Of a DNA stretch of 64,000 nt, positions 33,242 through 42,762 are shown piece by piece (the stretch's first letter is position 1; each line of letters begins with the position of its first letter). The stretch comes from Thermoanaerobaculia bacterium (GTDB taxonomy: Bacteria; Acidobacteriota; Thermoanaerobaculia; Multivoradales; Multivoraceae). Below the pieces are notes generated by a model. That model was not told the origin of the DNA and ran no database searches. It was given only the letters and a program-made list of their open reading frames with translations. The position numbers and the translations under genes are program-made. The DNA lies in the NCBI GenBank assembly GCA_963666565.1, contig OY762911.1, positions 2,784,001-2,848,000 on the forward strand, in the 5' to 3' direction.

Positions 33242-34540
33242 ATGACGGCCGCTGTCCCCGCGGTCGTGGCCGACCGTCTGACCAAGGTCTACAAGGTCTA
33301 CGCAAGCCCCTGGGGGCGGCTGCGGGAGGCGGTGACGAGACGGCCGGCGCACGTGCCGTTCCGGGCGCTCGACGACGTCGGCTTCGAGCTTCCCGCCGGC
33401 GAAGGGCTGGGCGTGGTGGGGGAGAACGGCGCCGGCAAGAGCACCCTGCTCAAGATCGTCGCCGGGGTGACGCGGCCGACCTCGGGCGATCTCCAGGTCC
33501 GGGGCCGGGTCGCCTCGATCCTGGAACTCGGTTCGGGGTTTCACCATGAGTTCACGGGCCGCCAGAACATCCGCCTGAGCGCCGCGATCGTCGGCCTGGA
33601 CGAGCGGGAACTCAGGGAGAGGACCGGCGACATCGTCGAGTTCAGCGAGCTGGGCGGAGCGATCGACCAGCCGGTGCGTTCCTACTCGACCGGCATGACG
33701 ATGCGGCTCGGCTTCTCGATCGCGGTGCAGGTCGAACCGGACATCCTGGTCGTCGACGAGGCGCTCTCGGTCGGCGACGGCTACTTCCAGAAGAAGTGCA
33801 TGGACCGGCTCCAGGGGTTCGTCGCCGGCGGCGGCACCCTGCTGTTCTGCTCGCACGCGATGTACTACGTCACCACGTTCTGCCAGCAGGCGCTGTGGCT
33901 CCGCCAGGGCAAGGCGGCGGCTTCGGGGCCGGCGCTGGGCGTGGTCGGCGAGTACGAGCGGTTCTTGATGGCCAAGAGCGGCGAGAGCGCCCAGGAGGCG
34001 GACGAGAGCGCCGATCCGGTAGCCGCGCAGGCGCGGATCGTCGCCATCCGGCCCGTCGGCGCCTCGCGGCGGCGGGCTTCGGAACGTTGGGCCCTGGAGG
34101 TCGAGTGGGAGAGCCGGGAAGAGGAGTTGGGCTTCCACCTGGCGGTGGGCCTCGACACGGCGGACGGCGTCCAGGTCTGCGCCTTCACGACGGAGCGGGC
34201 CGGGCTTCCGCCGGTCAGGGGCAAAGGCGCTCACCGGGCGGTGGTGCGGGTACCGCGGCTGCCGATGACGAAAGGCGACTATTCGGCCTGCGTGTTCCTG
34301 CTGGACGAGGAATCCCTGCACGTCTACGACCGCAAGGTGGAGGCGAACGTGCTGGAGATCGAGGCCGAACGCTTCGAGCCGAGCCTGTTCGACGTGCCGC
34401 ACGAGTGGGAACTCGACGGTCGTCGGCCGGAGGAATCGGGTAACGAGGGGCCGGCCGCCCCGGTGGGCGGCGGCGCGTCCGGCGCCGGCGGGACTCGCCG
34501 AGGGAGCGGCGTTCGCGATCGAGGGGAGGGCGACTCATGA
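33242..34540 (+). CDS. Wzt-like polysaccharide ABC exporter ATPase with Wzt C-terminal domain
   Basis: GENGAGKST, YSTGMTMRLGF, VDEALSVGDGYFQKKC. Confidence 0.88.
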   Translation: MTAAVPAVVADRLTKVYKVYASPWGRLREAVTRRPAHVPFRALDDVGFELPAGEGLGVVGENGAGKSTLLKIVAGVTRPTSGDLQVRGRVASILELGSGFHHEFTGRQNIRLSAAIVGLDERELRERTGDIVEFSELGGAIDQPVRSYSTGMTMRLGFSIAVQVEPDILVVDEALSVGDGYFQKKCMDRLQGFVAGGGTLLFCSHAMYYVTTFCQQALWLRQGKAAASGPALGVVGEYERFLMAKSGESAQEADESADPVAAQARIVAIRPVGASRRRASERWALEVEWESREEELGFHLAVGLDTADGVQVCAFTTERAGLPPVRGKGAHRAVVRVPRLPMTKGDYSACVFLLDEESLHVYDRKVEANVLEIEAERFEPSLFDVPHEWELDGRRPEESGNEGPAAPVGGGASGAGGTRRGSGVRDRGEGDS

Positions 34541-35508
34541 AGGTACTGGTGACGCGGCCGATCCCGCAGCCGGCGGTCGAGCGGCTGCGGGCCGAGCCGG
34601 GGATCGAGACGCGGGTGCTCGAGGAGGACGCGGCGATGGACCGCGCGACGCTGCTCGACGCCGCGGCCGATGCCGAGGTGGTCCTGGCCCTGCTGACGGA
34701 GCGAATGGACGCGGAGCTCTTCGACCGGGCGCCCGGCCTGCGCATGGTGGCGAACATGGCGGTCGGCTTCGACAACGTCGACGTCGCGGCGGCCGAGGCC
34801 CGCGGCATCTGGGTGACGAACACGCCGGGCGTGCTCGACGGCGCGACCGCCGACCTGGCGATGGCGCTGCTGCTGGCGGCGGCGCGGCGCCTGCCGGAGG
34901 CGGAGCGCTTCCTGCGCGCCGGCCGCTACCGGCGTTGGGGGCCGATGCTTCTGACCGGCCAGGAGGTTCACGGCCGGACGCTCGGCATCCTCGGCATGGG
35001 CCGCATCGGCGAGGCGGTCGCTCGGCGGGCGCGGCTCGGGTTCGGGATGGAGATCCTGTACTGGGACGAACGGGGGAGGCCGGACCTGGAGCGCGAGCTC
35101 GGCGTCCGGCGCACGGACCTGGACGAACTGCTCGGCGCCGCCGACTTCGTGTCCATCCACCTGCCGCTGACGGAAGGAACGACGGCGCTCGTCGGCGCGG
35201 ACGAACTCGCCCGGATGAAGCCGACCGCGGTGCTGGTGAACACTGCCCGCGGGCCGATCGTCGACGAAGCGGCCCTGGCGGCGGCGCTCCGCGCGGGCAC
35301 GATCTGGGCCGCCGGACTCGACGTCTTCGAACGCGAACCGGAGGTCCACGCGGACCTCCTCGAGCTCGACAACGCCGTCTTGCTCCCCCACATCGCCAGC
35401 GCCTCGATCCCGACCCGCCTGGCCATGGCCCAACTCGCCGTGGACAACGTCCTGGCCCTGCACCGCGGCGAAGAACCGCCGACGCCGGTCGTCCGCGGCA
35501 CGCGCTGA
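34537..35508 (+). CDS. D-2-hydroxyacid dehydrogenase (glyoxylate reductase / D-glycerate dehydrogenase)
   Basis: VTNTPGVL, GILGMGRIG, NTARGPIVDE, GLDVFEREP, PHIASA. Confidence 0.92.
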   Translation: MKVLVTRPIPQPAVERLRAEPGIETRVLEEDAAMDRATLLDAAADAEVVLALLTERMDAELFDRAPGLRMVANMAVGFDNVDVAAAEARGIWVTNTPGVLDGATADLAMALLLAAARRLPEAERFLRAGRYRRWGPMLLTGQEVHGRTLGILGMGRIGEAVARRARLGFGMEILYWDERGRPDLERELGVRRTDLDELLGAADFVSIHLPLTEGTTALVGADELARMKPTAVLVNTARGPIVDEAALAAALRAGTIWAAGLDVFEREPEVHADLLELDNAVLLPHIASASIPTRLAMAQLAVDNVLALHRGEEPPTPVVRGTR

Positions 35509-35542
35509 GCCCGCCTGCGTCGGTTCGCGGCGGGTGGGACCC

Positions 35543-35719
35543 GCCTGGTTCGGTCCGCGGGGAGCGGCTCCCAGGGGACGCTCGCCCTCCGGAGAAGAGG
35601 GGGCGAGTGGGCTCGCTGTTGTCGCCTGCGCTTCGCATCGGCGTCGGTTGGCGTGAGGGCGCCGGGCGTCGCTTGGCTCCGACCCCCTTGGGATCCGTTC
35701 CCCGCGGACCGAACCAGGC
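35543..35719. repeat. Long inverted repeat (about 35-nt arms), MITE-like
   Basis: GCCTGGTTCGGTCCGCGGGGA... (35543-35577) pairs with ...TCCCCGCGGACCGAACCAGGC (35684-35719). Confidence 0.7.
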
Positions 35720-35844
35720 TGGACGTCGTCGCCGGTTCCGGGGCGTCGGTTGGCGTGATGGCACCGAGCGTTGCTTTGCTCCCACCTCCTGGAACCCCCT
35801 CTCCGCGGCTCTGAGTGGCCCAAGCACCGACGCCCAGCCCAGTC

Positions 35845-36004
35845 GGGTCAGGAGGGGTCGGCGTCCAGGTGCCTCTGAACGAGCGACGGCCGACGTCTTC
35901 CCGCAGGCCGACGTCCAACTGGAGCGAGTGAAGCGGAGCAAGCGCAGTCCTGCCCATCTCCTCTCGAGCGCGCGCGTCACCTGGGCGCCGACCCCTCCTG
36001 ACCC
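35845..36004. repeat. Second inverted repeat element (27-nt arms, 26/27 match), MITE-like
   Basis: GGGTCAGGAGGGGTCGGCGTCCAGGTG versus CACCTGGGCGCCGACCCCTCCTGACCC. Confidence 0.75.
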
Positions 36005-36717
36005 AAGACGGGCGGGTGCGTCCGACGACGCCGCTTCGCAGCGTTCTGCGGCGCAGGCTCGTGGCCTCGTATGCGGAAGGAACGGGCGACGCGGAAGCCG
36101 ATATCGCTGGACACGATGTCGGGCGCCTCTTGCTTGACGAGACCGGGTCGGAGTTCGTTGGATTGAATGCGGAAGGAGCCGCCGCAGAGAATGCGTCGGC
36201 CGGGATCGTCGGTGGGATCTTCGGCAACGCATTCCCAGACGCTGCCGAGCATGCCGTGGAGGCCGAAGTCGTTCGCCTCCTTCTGTTCGGGCGGCAGCAC
36301 GCGGCCGTCTGAGTTTCCCGCGTGCCAGCAGTGGCGGTCGATGGCCTCCGGCGTGGCGGTCCAGGACGGCTCGTCGTTTGGCGTCGAGGAACCCCGGCAG
36401 GCGTAGAGCCACTCCGTTCGGGTCGGCAGTCTCATCGGCTTGCGTGACACCTCTGCGTACCAGCGGCAGTAGGCGTCGGCCTGGGTCCAACTGATGCCGA
36501 CGGCGAGATCCCGGTCACCGGAAGAGAGGGGAGATCGGCGGTAGTCCGGGTCGAAGGCCTCGAACTGCTCGTTCGTCACCGGCCACTTGCCGAGGTAGAA
36601 CGGCTCGACCGCGACGGTGCGGCCGTCGACCACTATCTCGCCTCCCGGCACGAGCCAGAGGATCGTGCGCGGGACGTGGGCGTAGGAGCGGGGCAGCGGG
36701 CGGCTGCTGCTGGCCAC
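35977..36717 (-). CDS. FGE-sulfatase (SUMF1/NirV-like) domain protein
   Basis: PVTNEQF, ADAYCRW...RLPT..EW.YACRG, NDFGLHGMLGSVWE, GFRVA. Start approximate. Confidence 0.82.
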   Translation of the reverse strand: MASSSRPLPRSYAHVPRTILWLVPGGEIVVDGRTVAVEPFYLGKWPVTNEQFEAFDPDYRRSPLSSGDRDLAVGISWTQADAYCRWYAEVSRKPMRLPTRTEWLYACRGSSTPNDEPSWTATPEAIDRHCWHAGNSDGRVLPPEQKEANDFGLHGMLGSVWECVAEDPTDDPGRRILCGGSFRIQSNELRPGLVKQEAPDIVSSDIGFRVARSFRIRGHEPAPQNAAKRRRRTHPPVLGQEGSAPR

Positions 36718-36730
36718 GGTCTGGCGCGGG

Positions 36731-38101
36731 TCAGGAGGGGCGGCTGCCGAACACCTTCGGCGTCGGCATCCGGGCCCGGATCGATTCGAGTTCCTCAACC
36801 GTCACGGTCGAGATCCCGTTCTTGCGGCAGTGGGACTCGACCGAGCGGACGACCATGCCGCGGACGAAGGCCGGCACCCGCTTCATGCGGGCTTCGGCTT
36901 CGGCCGCCCAGGCGATGCTGGTCGAGCTGTCTTCGCCGTAGCGGGCCAGAGAGGCCAGCCCCGTGCGGTCGCCGAACGCCTGAAGCCGGTCGGCCGTGAA
37001 CGAGCCGGGTTCGTGGGTGCAGAGCGGATCCTCCGCCATCAGGTCGCCGGTCATGCCGAAGGCCCGGGCCCGGCAGCCGCCGCAGACCGTCGACAGCTCG
37101 CAATCGCCGCAACGGCCGCCGAGATCGTTGCGGCGCCGGATCGACTGGAAGAGGTCGGAGTCGTTCCACAACTCGGCCAGCGTGGAGCGTTTCAGGTTGC
37201 CGCCGAAGACCGGTAGATAGGGGCAGGGCGTGACGTCGCCGTTGGGTCGGATTCCCATGTAGTGGGTTCCGGCCGGGCAGCCGCCGGCGCCGCCGTCGTA
37301 CGCCTTGAGGAAGGGCGAGTCCGGGTCTCCGGCGATCAGTTGGCGGACGTAGTGGGGCGCGCACTTCGCGTTGACCACCATGCGCCCGCGGTAGTTCCGC
37401 TGGATGGACGCGAGGGCGGCCAGCACGTCGTCGTAGTCGGCCGGCGACAGGTCCGAGACGAACTGGCCGCGGCCCGTCGGAACGAGGAAGTACAGGTTCC
37501 AGACCCGGGCCGCCAGTTCGTCATGAGCGAACTTGGCGATCTCCTCGAGCTGACCCCGGTTGTGCGCCCCGGCCGTGGTCTGGACGATGAAGGGCAAACC
37601 CGCCGCAGCCAGGTGCTTCGCGCCGTCGACCGTGTTCTGCCAGGCGCCGCGGACCCGCCGGAAGCCGTCGTGAACCTCGGCGTCGAGAGCGTCCAGCGAC
37701 AGGGCGAGGCCGCGGACGCCCTCGCCGGCCAGAATCCGGGCCAGGTTCTCGGTGATCCGCACGCCGTTGCTGCCGACGACGACCCACAGATCCCGCTCGG
37801 CCGCGTAGCGGACGATCTCCAGGATGTCGCGGCGCAGCAGTGGCTCGCCGCCGGTGAGGATGACGAGGGCTTCGGGAGCGAACTCGCGGATGTCGTCGAT
37901 CACCTTGCGGCACTCGTCGGTCGAGAGCTCCGAGCGGTCGGCGAAGTTCGCCGTCTGGACCAGCGGCTTGCCGCCGGCGTCGAGGTAGCAGTGCTCGCAG
38001 GCCAGGTTGCAGCGGTAGGTCAGGTTCCAGGAGATGACGTAGGGCCGCGCGAAGGCGGCCGGATTCACGCTCGCCTGCCGCTCCAGGGGTGACACCGTCA
38101 T
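36731..38101 (-). CDS. Radical SAM/SPASM enzyme (AhbC/AhbD/NirJ-like) with C-terminal PCP_red-like domain
   Basis: WNLTYRCNLACEHCY, TGGEP, FLVPTGRG, GCPAG..VTPCPY, CGDC...CGGCRARA...DPLC; tail WAAEAEARMKRVPAFVRGMV. Confidence 0.85.
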   Translation of the reverse strand: MTVSPLERQASVNPAAFARPYVISWNLTYRCNLACEHCYLDAGGKPLVQTANFADRSELSTDECRKVIDDIREFAPEALVILTGGEPLLRRDILEIVRYAAERDLWVVVGSNGVRITENLARILAGEGVRGLALSLDALDAEVHDGFRRVRGAWQNTVDGAKHLAAAGLPFIVQTTAGAHNRGQLEEIAKFAHDELAARVWNLYFLVPTGRGQFVSDLSPADYDDVLAALASIQRNYRGRMVVNAKCAPHYVRQLIAGDPDSPFLKAYDGGAGGCPAGTHYMGIRPNGDVTPCPYLPVFGGNLKRSTLAELWNDSDLFQSIRRRNDLGGRCGDCELSTVCGGCRARAFGMTGDLMAEDPLCTHEPGSFTADRLQAFGDRTGLASLARYGEDSSTSIAWAAEAEARMKRVPAFVRGMVVRSVESHCRKNGISTVTVEELESIRARMPTPKVFGSRPS

Positions 38102-38119
38102 CGGTAACTCCAGGCGAGG

Positions 38120-38599
38120 TCAGGCGATGCCGAAGAACGAGCGGGCGCGTTCCAGGACGGCGGCGTCCACCTCTTCGTAGCCGTGGTCCTCGGCGAACTT
38201 TTCGATACCCGCGACCGCCGAGGCGCGGACGATGTCCGGGATGTTGGCGAGCCGCTCGCGGGCCTCGGCGGTCCATGGAATGCCCTCCGGGCCGCCGTTG
38301 CCGCTCTCGACCGGGCTGGCGTTCTCCCCGGCCCGTGTCCCGGTCATCGGAACGCCCATGTCGGCCAACATGCCGGTGAACGGGCACTTCGACGCGGCCG
38401 CGGCCGTCTCGGGATCTTCCGTTGTGCCGATCTTCACGCCGAGCGATCCGACCACCTGAGTCTCGTGTGGGTTCGTCATCATCGCCATCTCGGCTGAGCA
38501 GGCGGGGCAGGCGTAGACCAGTGCGACCGAGCCGCCCTCGGGGCCGATCGCGTGCTTGAGCTTCATCTGCTCGTCGCAGGGTACGCAGAGGAACTTCAT
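38120..38599 (-). CDS. Small CxxC/CxxC protein with PCP_red-like domain
   Basis: CVPC..CPAC, KCPF, WTAEARERLANIPDIVR...IEKFA. Confidence 0.75.
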   Translation of the reverse strand: MKFLCVPCDEQMKLKHAIGPEGGSVALVYACPACSAEMAMMTNPHETQVVGSLGVKIGTTEDPETAAAASKCPFTGMLADMGVPMTGTRAGENASPVESGNGGPEGIPWTAEARERLANIPDIVRASAVAGIEKFAEDHGYEEVDAAVLERARSFFGIA

Positions 38600-38611
38600 C
38601 AGGTCTCCGGA

Positions 38612-39490
38612 TCAGCCGGCCCGCCGCTCGGCGAGGCCGCTCAGGATGGAATCGGCGGCGGCTTCGATCGCGCGGACCGCCGGTCCCGGCGACAGATCCG
38701 GGTTTCCGGCGTCGGAGGCCGCGGCCAGTCGCGGGTCGAACGGTATCGAAGCGAGCACCGGGAGCCCAAGCTCGGGTGCCGTGTCGGCAGGCCCGTCGAA
38801 CAGGGTTCTGACCTCGTCGCAGCTTCCGCAGTAGTAGCCGCTCATGTTCTCGATCACGCCGAGAGTCACGTTTGGGGTTCGCCGCAGAGCGGCGGCCGAG
38901 CGCGCCACGACGCCTCGCGCCAGGGCGGTCGGAATCGAGACGAGGACGAAACGGGTCCCCGGTCCCAGGACCTCGGCGTACTGGAGCGTGCGCTCGGCGC
39001 CGGGCGGCAGGTCGACGAGCAGAACGTCGAGACGTCCCCAGTCGACCAGGCCGAGCAACTGCTGGAACAGGTTGAACTCGCGGGTGGCGCGCCAGACGTG
39101 GGAGTCGCCGCGGGCGACGCTGGCGAAGTCCAGATCCTCCGACTCCGGCACCGCGGAACCCATCGATACGACCCCCAGGCCCGTCGACGTGCGGGGCAGC
39201 GCCATCCCGCGTCCGCCTGGAAGCAGGGCCGCTCTCTCGAGGCCGGCGAGGCGCGCCTGGCAAGGGCCGTTCAGGTCAGCGTCGAGCACGGCGCATTGGC
39301 GCCCGCGGCGCTGCATTGCCAGGGCCAGTTGCATGGTCAGGGTGCTCTTGCCGACGCCCCCCTTGCCCGAGCCGATGGCGACGATGTGTTCGACGCCGGT
39401 CAGGGCCTCGGCGATCCGCTGCCGCTGCCGGCCGACCTGGCCGGCGATGTCGGAACCGCCGTCGTCGGTGAGGTCGAAGTAGCTCTTCAT
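38612..39490 (-). CDS. Mrp/NBP35 (ApbC-like) P-loop ATPase
   Basis: GSGKGGVGKST, DADLNGP, DLPPG, ENMSGYYCGSC, IPFDP. Confidence 0.88.
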   Translation of the reverse strand: MKSYFDLTDDGGSDIAGQVGRQRQRIAEALTGVEHIVAIGSGKGGVGKSTLTMQLALAMQRRGRQCAVLDADLNGPCQARLAGLERAALLPGGRGMALPRTSTGLGVVSMGSAVPESEDLDFASVARGDSHVWRATREFNLFQQLLGLVDWGRLDVLLVDLPPGAERTLQYAEVLGPGTRFVLVSIPTALARGVVARSAAALRRTPNVTLGVIENMSGYYCGSCDEVRTLFDGPADTAPELGLPVLASIPFDPRLAAASDAGNPDLSPGPAVRAIEAAADSILSGLAERRAG

Positions 39491-39515
39491 CGCGGTAGGG
39501 AGAGTAACAAGTCCG

Positions 39516-40415
39516 CTACCCCGGAGCTGCTTCGCTCTCGTAGCGAATCGTCCTGGCGCCGGGGCTGAAGCCATACTCCTCGAGACGGCCGGCGGGGACC
39601 TCCGACGGATGGACCCGGGGCAGGTGGAGCGAGCGCCCGGCGCGGTCCGACGCCACGGCGAGCAGCGGGCGCACGAGCGCGGGAACGGGCATCTTGCCGC
39701 CGAGGGCGAGGACCTCCACCGGTGACCGCGTCGGCGGGGCCGCCAGGAAGGGAAGGGGCGCCTCCGCGTCGCCGTCGCCCCGGTGGAGCAGGCAGGCCTC
39801 GACGCCCCGATCCGTGGCGATCGCGAGTCCCTGCGGCCGGTCACGGAGGTTCCCGATGCTCCAGGGCGAGCGTTGCCAGCAGCGGTCCAGCTCGGTGACG
39901 GCCTCCAAGTCCGGTTGCGAAACGAGCTCAGAGGCGGCAACGACAGCGACCAGGTCGACGCCGGGGACGCCGGCCGGCGCCTCGCCCGCGCAGGAGTAGT
40001 CGGTCAGGACGTCTCGCTCCACGAATCCGCAGGCTTCGAAGAAGCGGCGGCCGAGGGCGTCGCCTTCCGGTAGCTCGACGAGCATCAGCGTCGGTTCGAG
40101 GATCGCCATCTTCTGGCTCAGCGAGGTCATCATGTGGCGGCCGTGACCCCGGCGGCGGTGATCCGGGTGGACGGCGACGTGGAGCACCAGGCTGGCGATC
40201 GGCTCCCGCTTGGCGGCGATGAGGACGCCGATCGGGTCGGAACCCTCGAAGGCGACCATGCAGCTGCTGGTCCAGAGGTTCATCTCCCGGCCCAGCCGCT
40301 TCATGTGGTCCACCGTCAGGCTCCAGGGTCGAGCGCCGGCGCCGACGTTGCAGCGTTCGTACGCGTCGACGATGAGGGGCACGTCGTCCGAACGGCAGAA
40401 ACGGTAGGCGGTCAC
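39516..40415 (-). CDS. GNAT family acetyltransferase
   Basis: VAVHPDHRRRGHG acetyl-CoA motif, FFEACGF. Confidence 0.75.
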   Translation of the reverse strand: MTAYRFCRSDDVPLIVDAYERCNVGAGARPWSLTVDHMKRLGREMNLWTSSCMVAFEGSDPIGVLIAAKREPIASLVLHVAVHPDHRRRGHGRHMMTSLSQKMAILEPTLMLVELPEGDALGRRFFEACGFVERDVLTDYSCAGEAPAGVPGVDLVAVVAASELVSQPDLEAVTELDRCWQRSPWSIGNLRDRPQGLAIATDRGVEACLLHRGDGDAEAPLPFLAAPPTRSPVEVLALGGKMPVPALVRPLLAVASDRAGRSLHLPRVHPSEVPAGRLEEYGFSPGARTIRYESEAAPG

Positions 40416-40419
40416 CCGG

Positions 40420-41793
40420 TTACTCCGTCCGCGTGACCGTCGCGGTCGTCAGCCCCGCAGGGGAAGCCGCGGAGCCGCTCGGCTCCCGTTCGGGTATGCG
40501 GAGAAGCAGGAGGGCCACCATCGAGAAGGCGTACAGACCGACGAAGGTGGTGAATGCCAGGTCGTAGCTGTGGAAACGATCGTGGACGTAGCCCGCGAAG
40601 GGGACGCCGACTACCTGGATCGGCAGCAGCATGGGACTCATCAGGCCCATCACGCGACCGAAGGAGCGGCGGCCGAAGCAGGCCCCGATCAGCGTTCCCC
40701 ACAGCGGCATGATGCCGCCCATGCCGAGGCCGAAGACGGCAACGGCGCCGAGGACCGCCGGATAGCTCTCGGCCCGCAGCAGGCCGGCGGCGCCGGAGCC
40801 CATCAGGCCGACCGCCAGCCACAAGGCGCCGCGACTGCTGAGCCGGTCGCTGATCCACCCGAACACGACCTTGCCCAGCACGCCCATGGCCGCGATGGTG
40901 GACAGGCAGAAGGCCGCCTCGACGGGCGGAAAGCCCAGGTCCGTCGCGTGGGCGATGATGTGGGTGAGGATGGCGGAGTTGGCGCAGAAGCACATCGACA
41001 CGACAGCGACGATGACCCAGAAGTTGCGGTTTGCCAGCGGCTGCGTCCACTCCAGACGTGGGCGCCTGGGCGGTGCGCCGCCAGCCGTGGGCAGGGGTGC
41101 GACAGGTTCGACACCCGCCGGCCCCTCCCCGGCCGCCGGCGCCGCCGTCCACTCGCCGGCCAGCGAAGTCGCTGCTCCGTCGGGGTGCAGGCCTATGTCC
41201 TCGGGCCGGTCGATCACCCAGCGCCGGATGGCCGGCAGGACGAAGAGAAGGGTCAGCGCGCCATAGAGCACGAACGTGCCGCGCCAGCCGATCAGGTCGA
41301 TCAGCCGTGTCGCAACCGGCGCCATGACGACGCCCGAGAGGGAGATGCCCATCGTGGCGATGCCGAGAGCCATGGCGCGACGCCGGACGTACCAGTTGGC
41401 GACCAGGGTGGAGGCGGTCACGCCACCGATCAGCGCCGCTCCCAGGGCCAGGAAGGTGCCGAGGACGAGGTAGAACTGGAACAGATTCTGGACCGCCGCG
41501 GTCAGCAGCAGGCCCAGGGCCAGCAGCCACGTGCCCGCGGTCATGATCCGTTTCGCGTGACCCTGGTCCAGGGCGTGGCCCAGGAAGGGCGCCACCAGGC
41601 CGTTCGTCATGCCGAAGACGGCTACGCCGATGCCGACGCCGGTGCGGCCGCCGCCGAACTCGGAGGTGAGGGCGACGAAGAAGGCGCTGAAGGAGTAGAA
41701 GCCGAAGCCGACGGAGACGAAGAGCGCCAGGAAGGAGACGAAGATGATCTTCCAACCGTGGAAGGGGGCGCTGGCAGGGGGCGTCCACGTCAT
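40420..41793 (-). CDS. MFS transporter (OFA/MCT-like)
   Basis: About 12 TM helices; WYVRRRAMALG, GWISDR, FGRRSFG. Confidence 0.88.
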   Translation of the reverse strand: MTWTPPASAPFHGWKIIFVSFLALFVSVGFGFYSFSAFFVALTSEFGGGRTGVGIGVAVFGMTNGLVAPFLGHALDQGHAKRIMTAGTWLLALGLLLTAAVQNLFQFYLVLGTFLALGAALIGGVTASTLVANWYVRRRAMALGIATMGISLSGVVMAPVATRLIDLIGWRGTFVLYGALTLLFVLPAIRRWVIDRPEDIGLHPDGAATSLAGEWTAAPAAGEGPAGVEPVAPLPTAGGAPPRRPRLEWTQPLANRNFWVIVAVVSMCFCANSAILTHIIAHATDLGFPPVEAAFCLSTIAAMGVLGKVVFGWISDRLSSRGALWLAVGLMGSGAAGLLRAESYPAVLGAVAVFGLGMGGIMPLWGTLIGACFGRRSFGRVMGLMSPMLLPIQVVGVPFAGYVHDRFHSYDLAFTTFVGLYAFSMVALLLLRIPEREPSGSAASPAGLTTATVTRTE

Positions 41794-41863
41794 GGTCGTC
41801 GCGCGGGCTTTCCGGCCCGCGATCCGGGCGCTCCCCGCGAAGCGACGAGCGCCTGTCCATCGA

Positions 41864-42760
41864 CTAGCTGGCGGCTTGCCTCAGCAGCTCGTCTAGCTTG
41901 AAGACCTCCGCCGCGTTCTCGCGCAGGAACTTCGGCCAGACGTGGTCGCGGAGCGGCAGATCGTCCATCTCGGTGAAGATGCGCTCGTAGGAGAGGCCGG
42001 GGAAGTAGCCCGCGTACAGGAACTTGTCCGGTCCCCGCTTGTTCGCGAAGTCGATCACGCTCCTGGGGTAGTGCTTGGGCGCCCAGGCCGAGGGCGAGTA
42101 GTAGAGGTTCGGCCACTTGAGCATCAGCTTGACGCACAGGTCGGTCCAGGGATCGCCGCCGTGGCGCATGACGACGCGGAGCTCCGGGAAGAACCAGGCG
42201 ACTTCGTCGAGCAACCCCGGGTACTGGCACTTGTAGGGCACCCGCGGCCCCGGCACGCCGACCAGCATGTTGATCGGGATGTCGAGCTCGATGCACTTGG
42301 CGTAGATCGGGTAGAAGCGCTTGTCGTCGATCGGAACCTGGGGATACGCGAGGCACGGCGCGGCGGACGCGGCCCGGATTGCCGGGTGGAGGTTGACCGT
42401 CGCTTCGAGCGCGCGCACGCCGTCCATGCCGGCGTTCGGATCGACGCCGACGGCGCCGAAGAAGCGCCCGGGGAATTCCTCGAAGATCTTGATCGCCGGC
42501 TCCGGGTTCTGGGCGTTGACGCCGATCTGGGCGATCCGGACGCCGAACGCGTCCATCATCGCGACGACGTCGGCCGCCGTCCAGGCCCTGTCCATGCGCC
42601 TCCCGGCGTCCTTGAACAGGTACTGGGCCGGATGGTGGGAGAAATCCTCCGTTCCGCGGTCGCGGCTGAGCCGCCGCACGGCCTCCATGCCCATGCCCTT
42701 GCCGCCGGCCGGAATGTCGAGAAACAGGTCGACGACGCCGATGTCCCTGGGTCTGCCCAT
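41864..42760 (-). CDS. Amidohydrolase_2 family protein
   Basis: FYPIYAKCIELDIP, FPELRVVMRHGGDPW, KWPNLYY..SAWAPK. Confidence 0.85.
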   Translation of the reverse strand: MGRPRDIGVVDLFLDIPAGGKGMGMEAVRRLSRDRGTEDFSHHPAQYLFKDAGRRMDRAWTAADVVAMMDAFGVRIAQIGVNAQNPEPAIKIFEEFPGRFFGAVGVDPNAGMDGVRALEATVNLHPAIRAASAAPCLAYPQVPIDDKRFYPIYAKCIELDIPINMLVGVPGPRVPYKCQYPGLLDEVAWFFPELRVVMRHGGDPWTDLCVKLMLKWPNLYYSPSAWAPKHYPRSVIDFANKRGPDKFLYAGYFPGLSYERIFTEMDDLPLRDHVWPKFLRENAAEVFKLDELLRQAAS

Positions 42761-42762
42761 CT

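Noticed and set aside
35977-36717. True formylglycine-generating enzyme for the sulfatase at 26691-28448
   Set aside because: The catalytic Cys-containing motif is not evident after GGSF; more likely a non-catalytic FGE-fold protein.
36731-38599. RiPP system (SPASM maturase plus precursor peptide)
   Set aside because: The enzyme looks Ahb/NirJ-like and the small neighbour is a folded CxxC/PCP_red protein; no RRE domain or precursor peptide seen.
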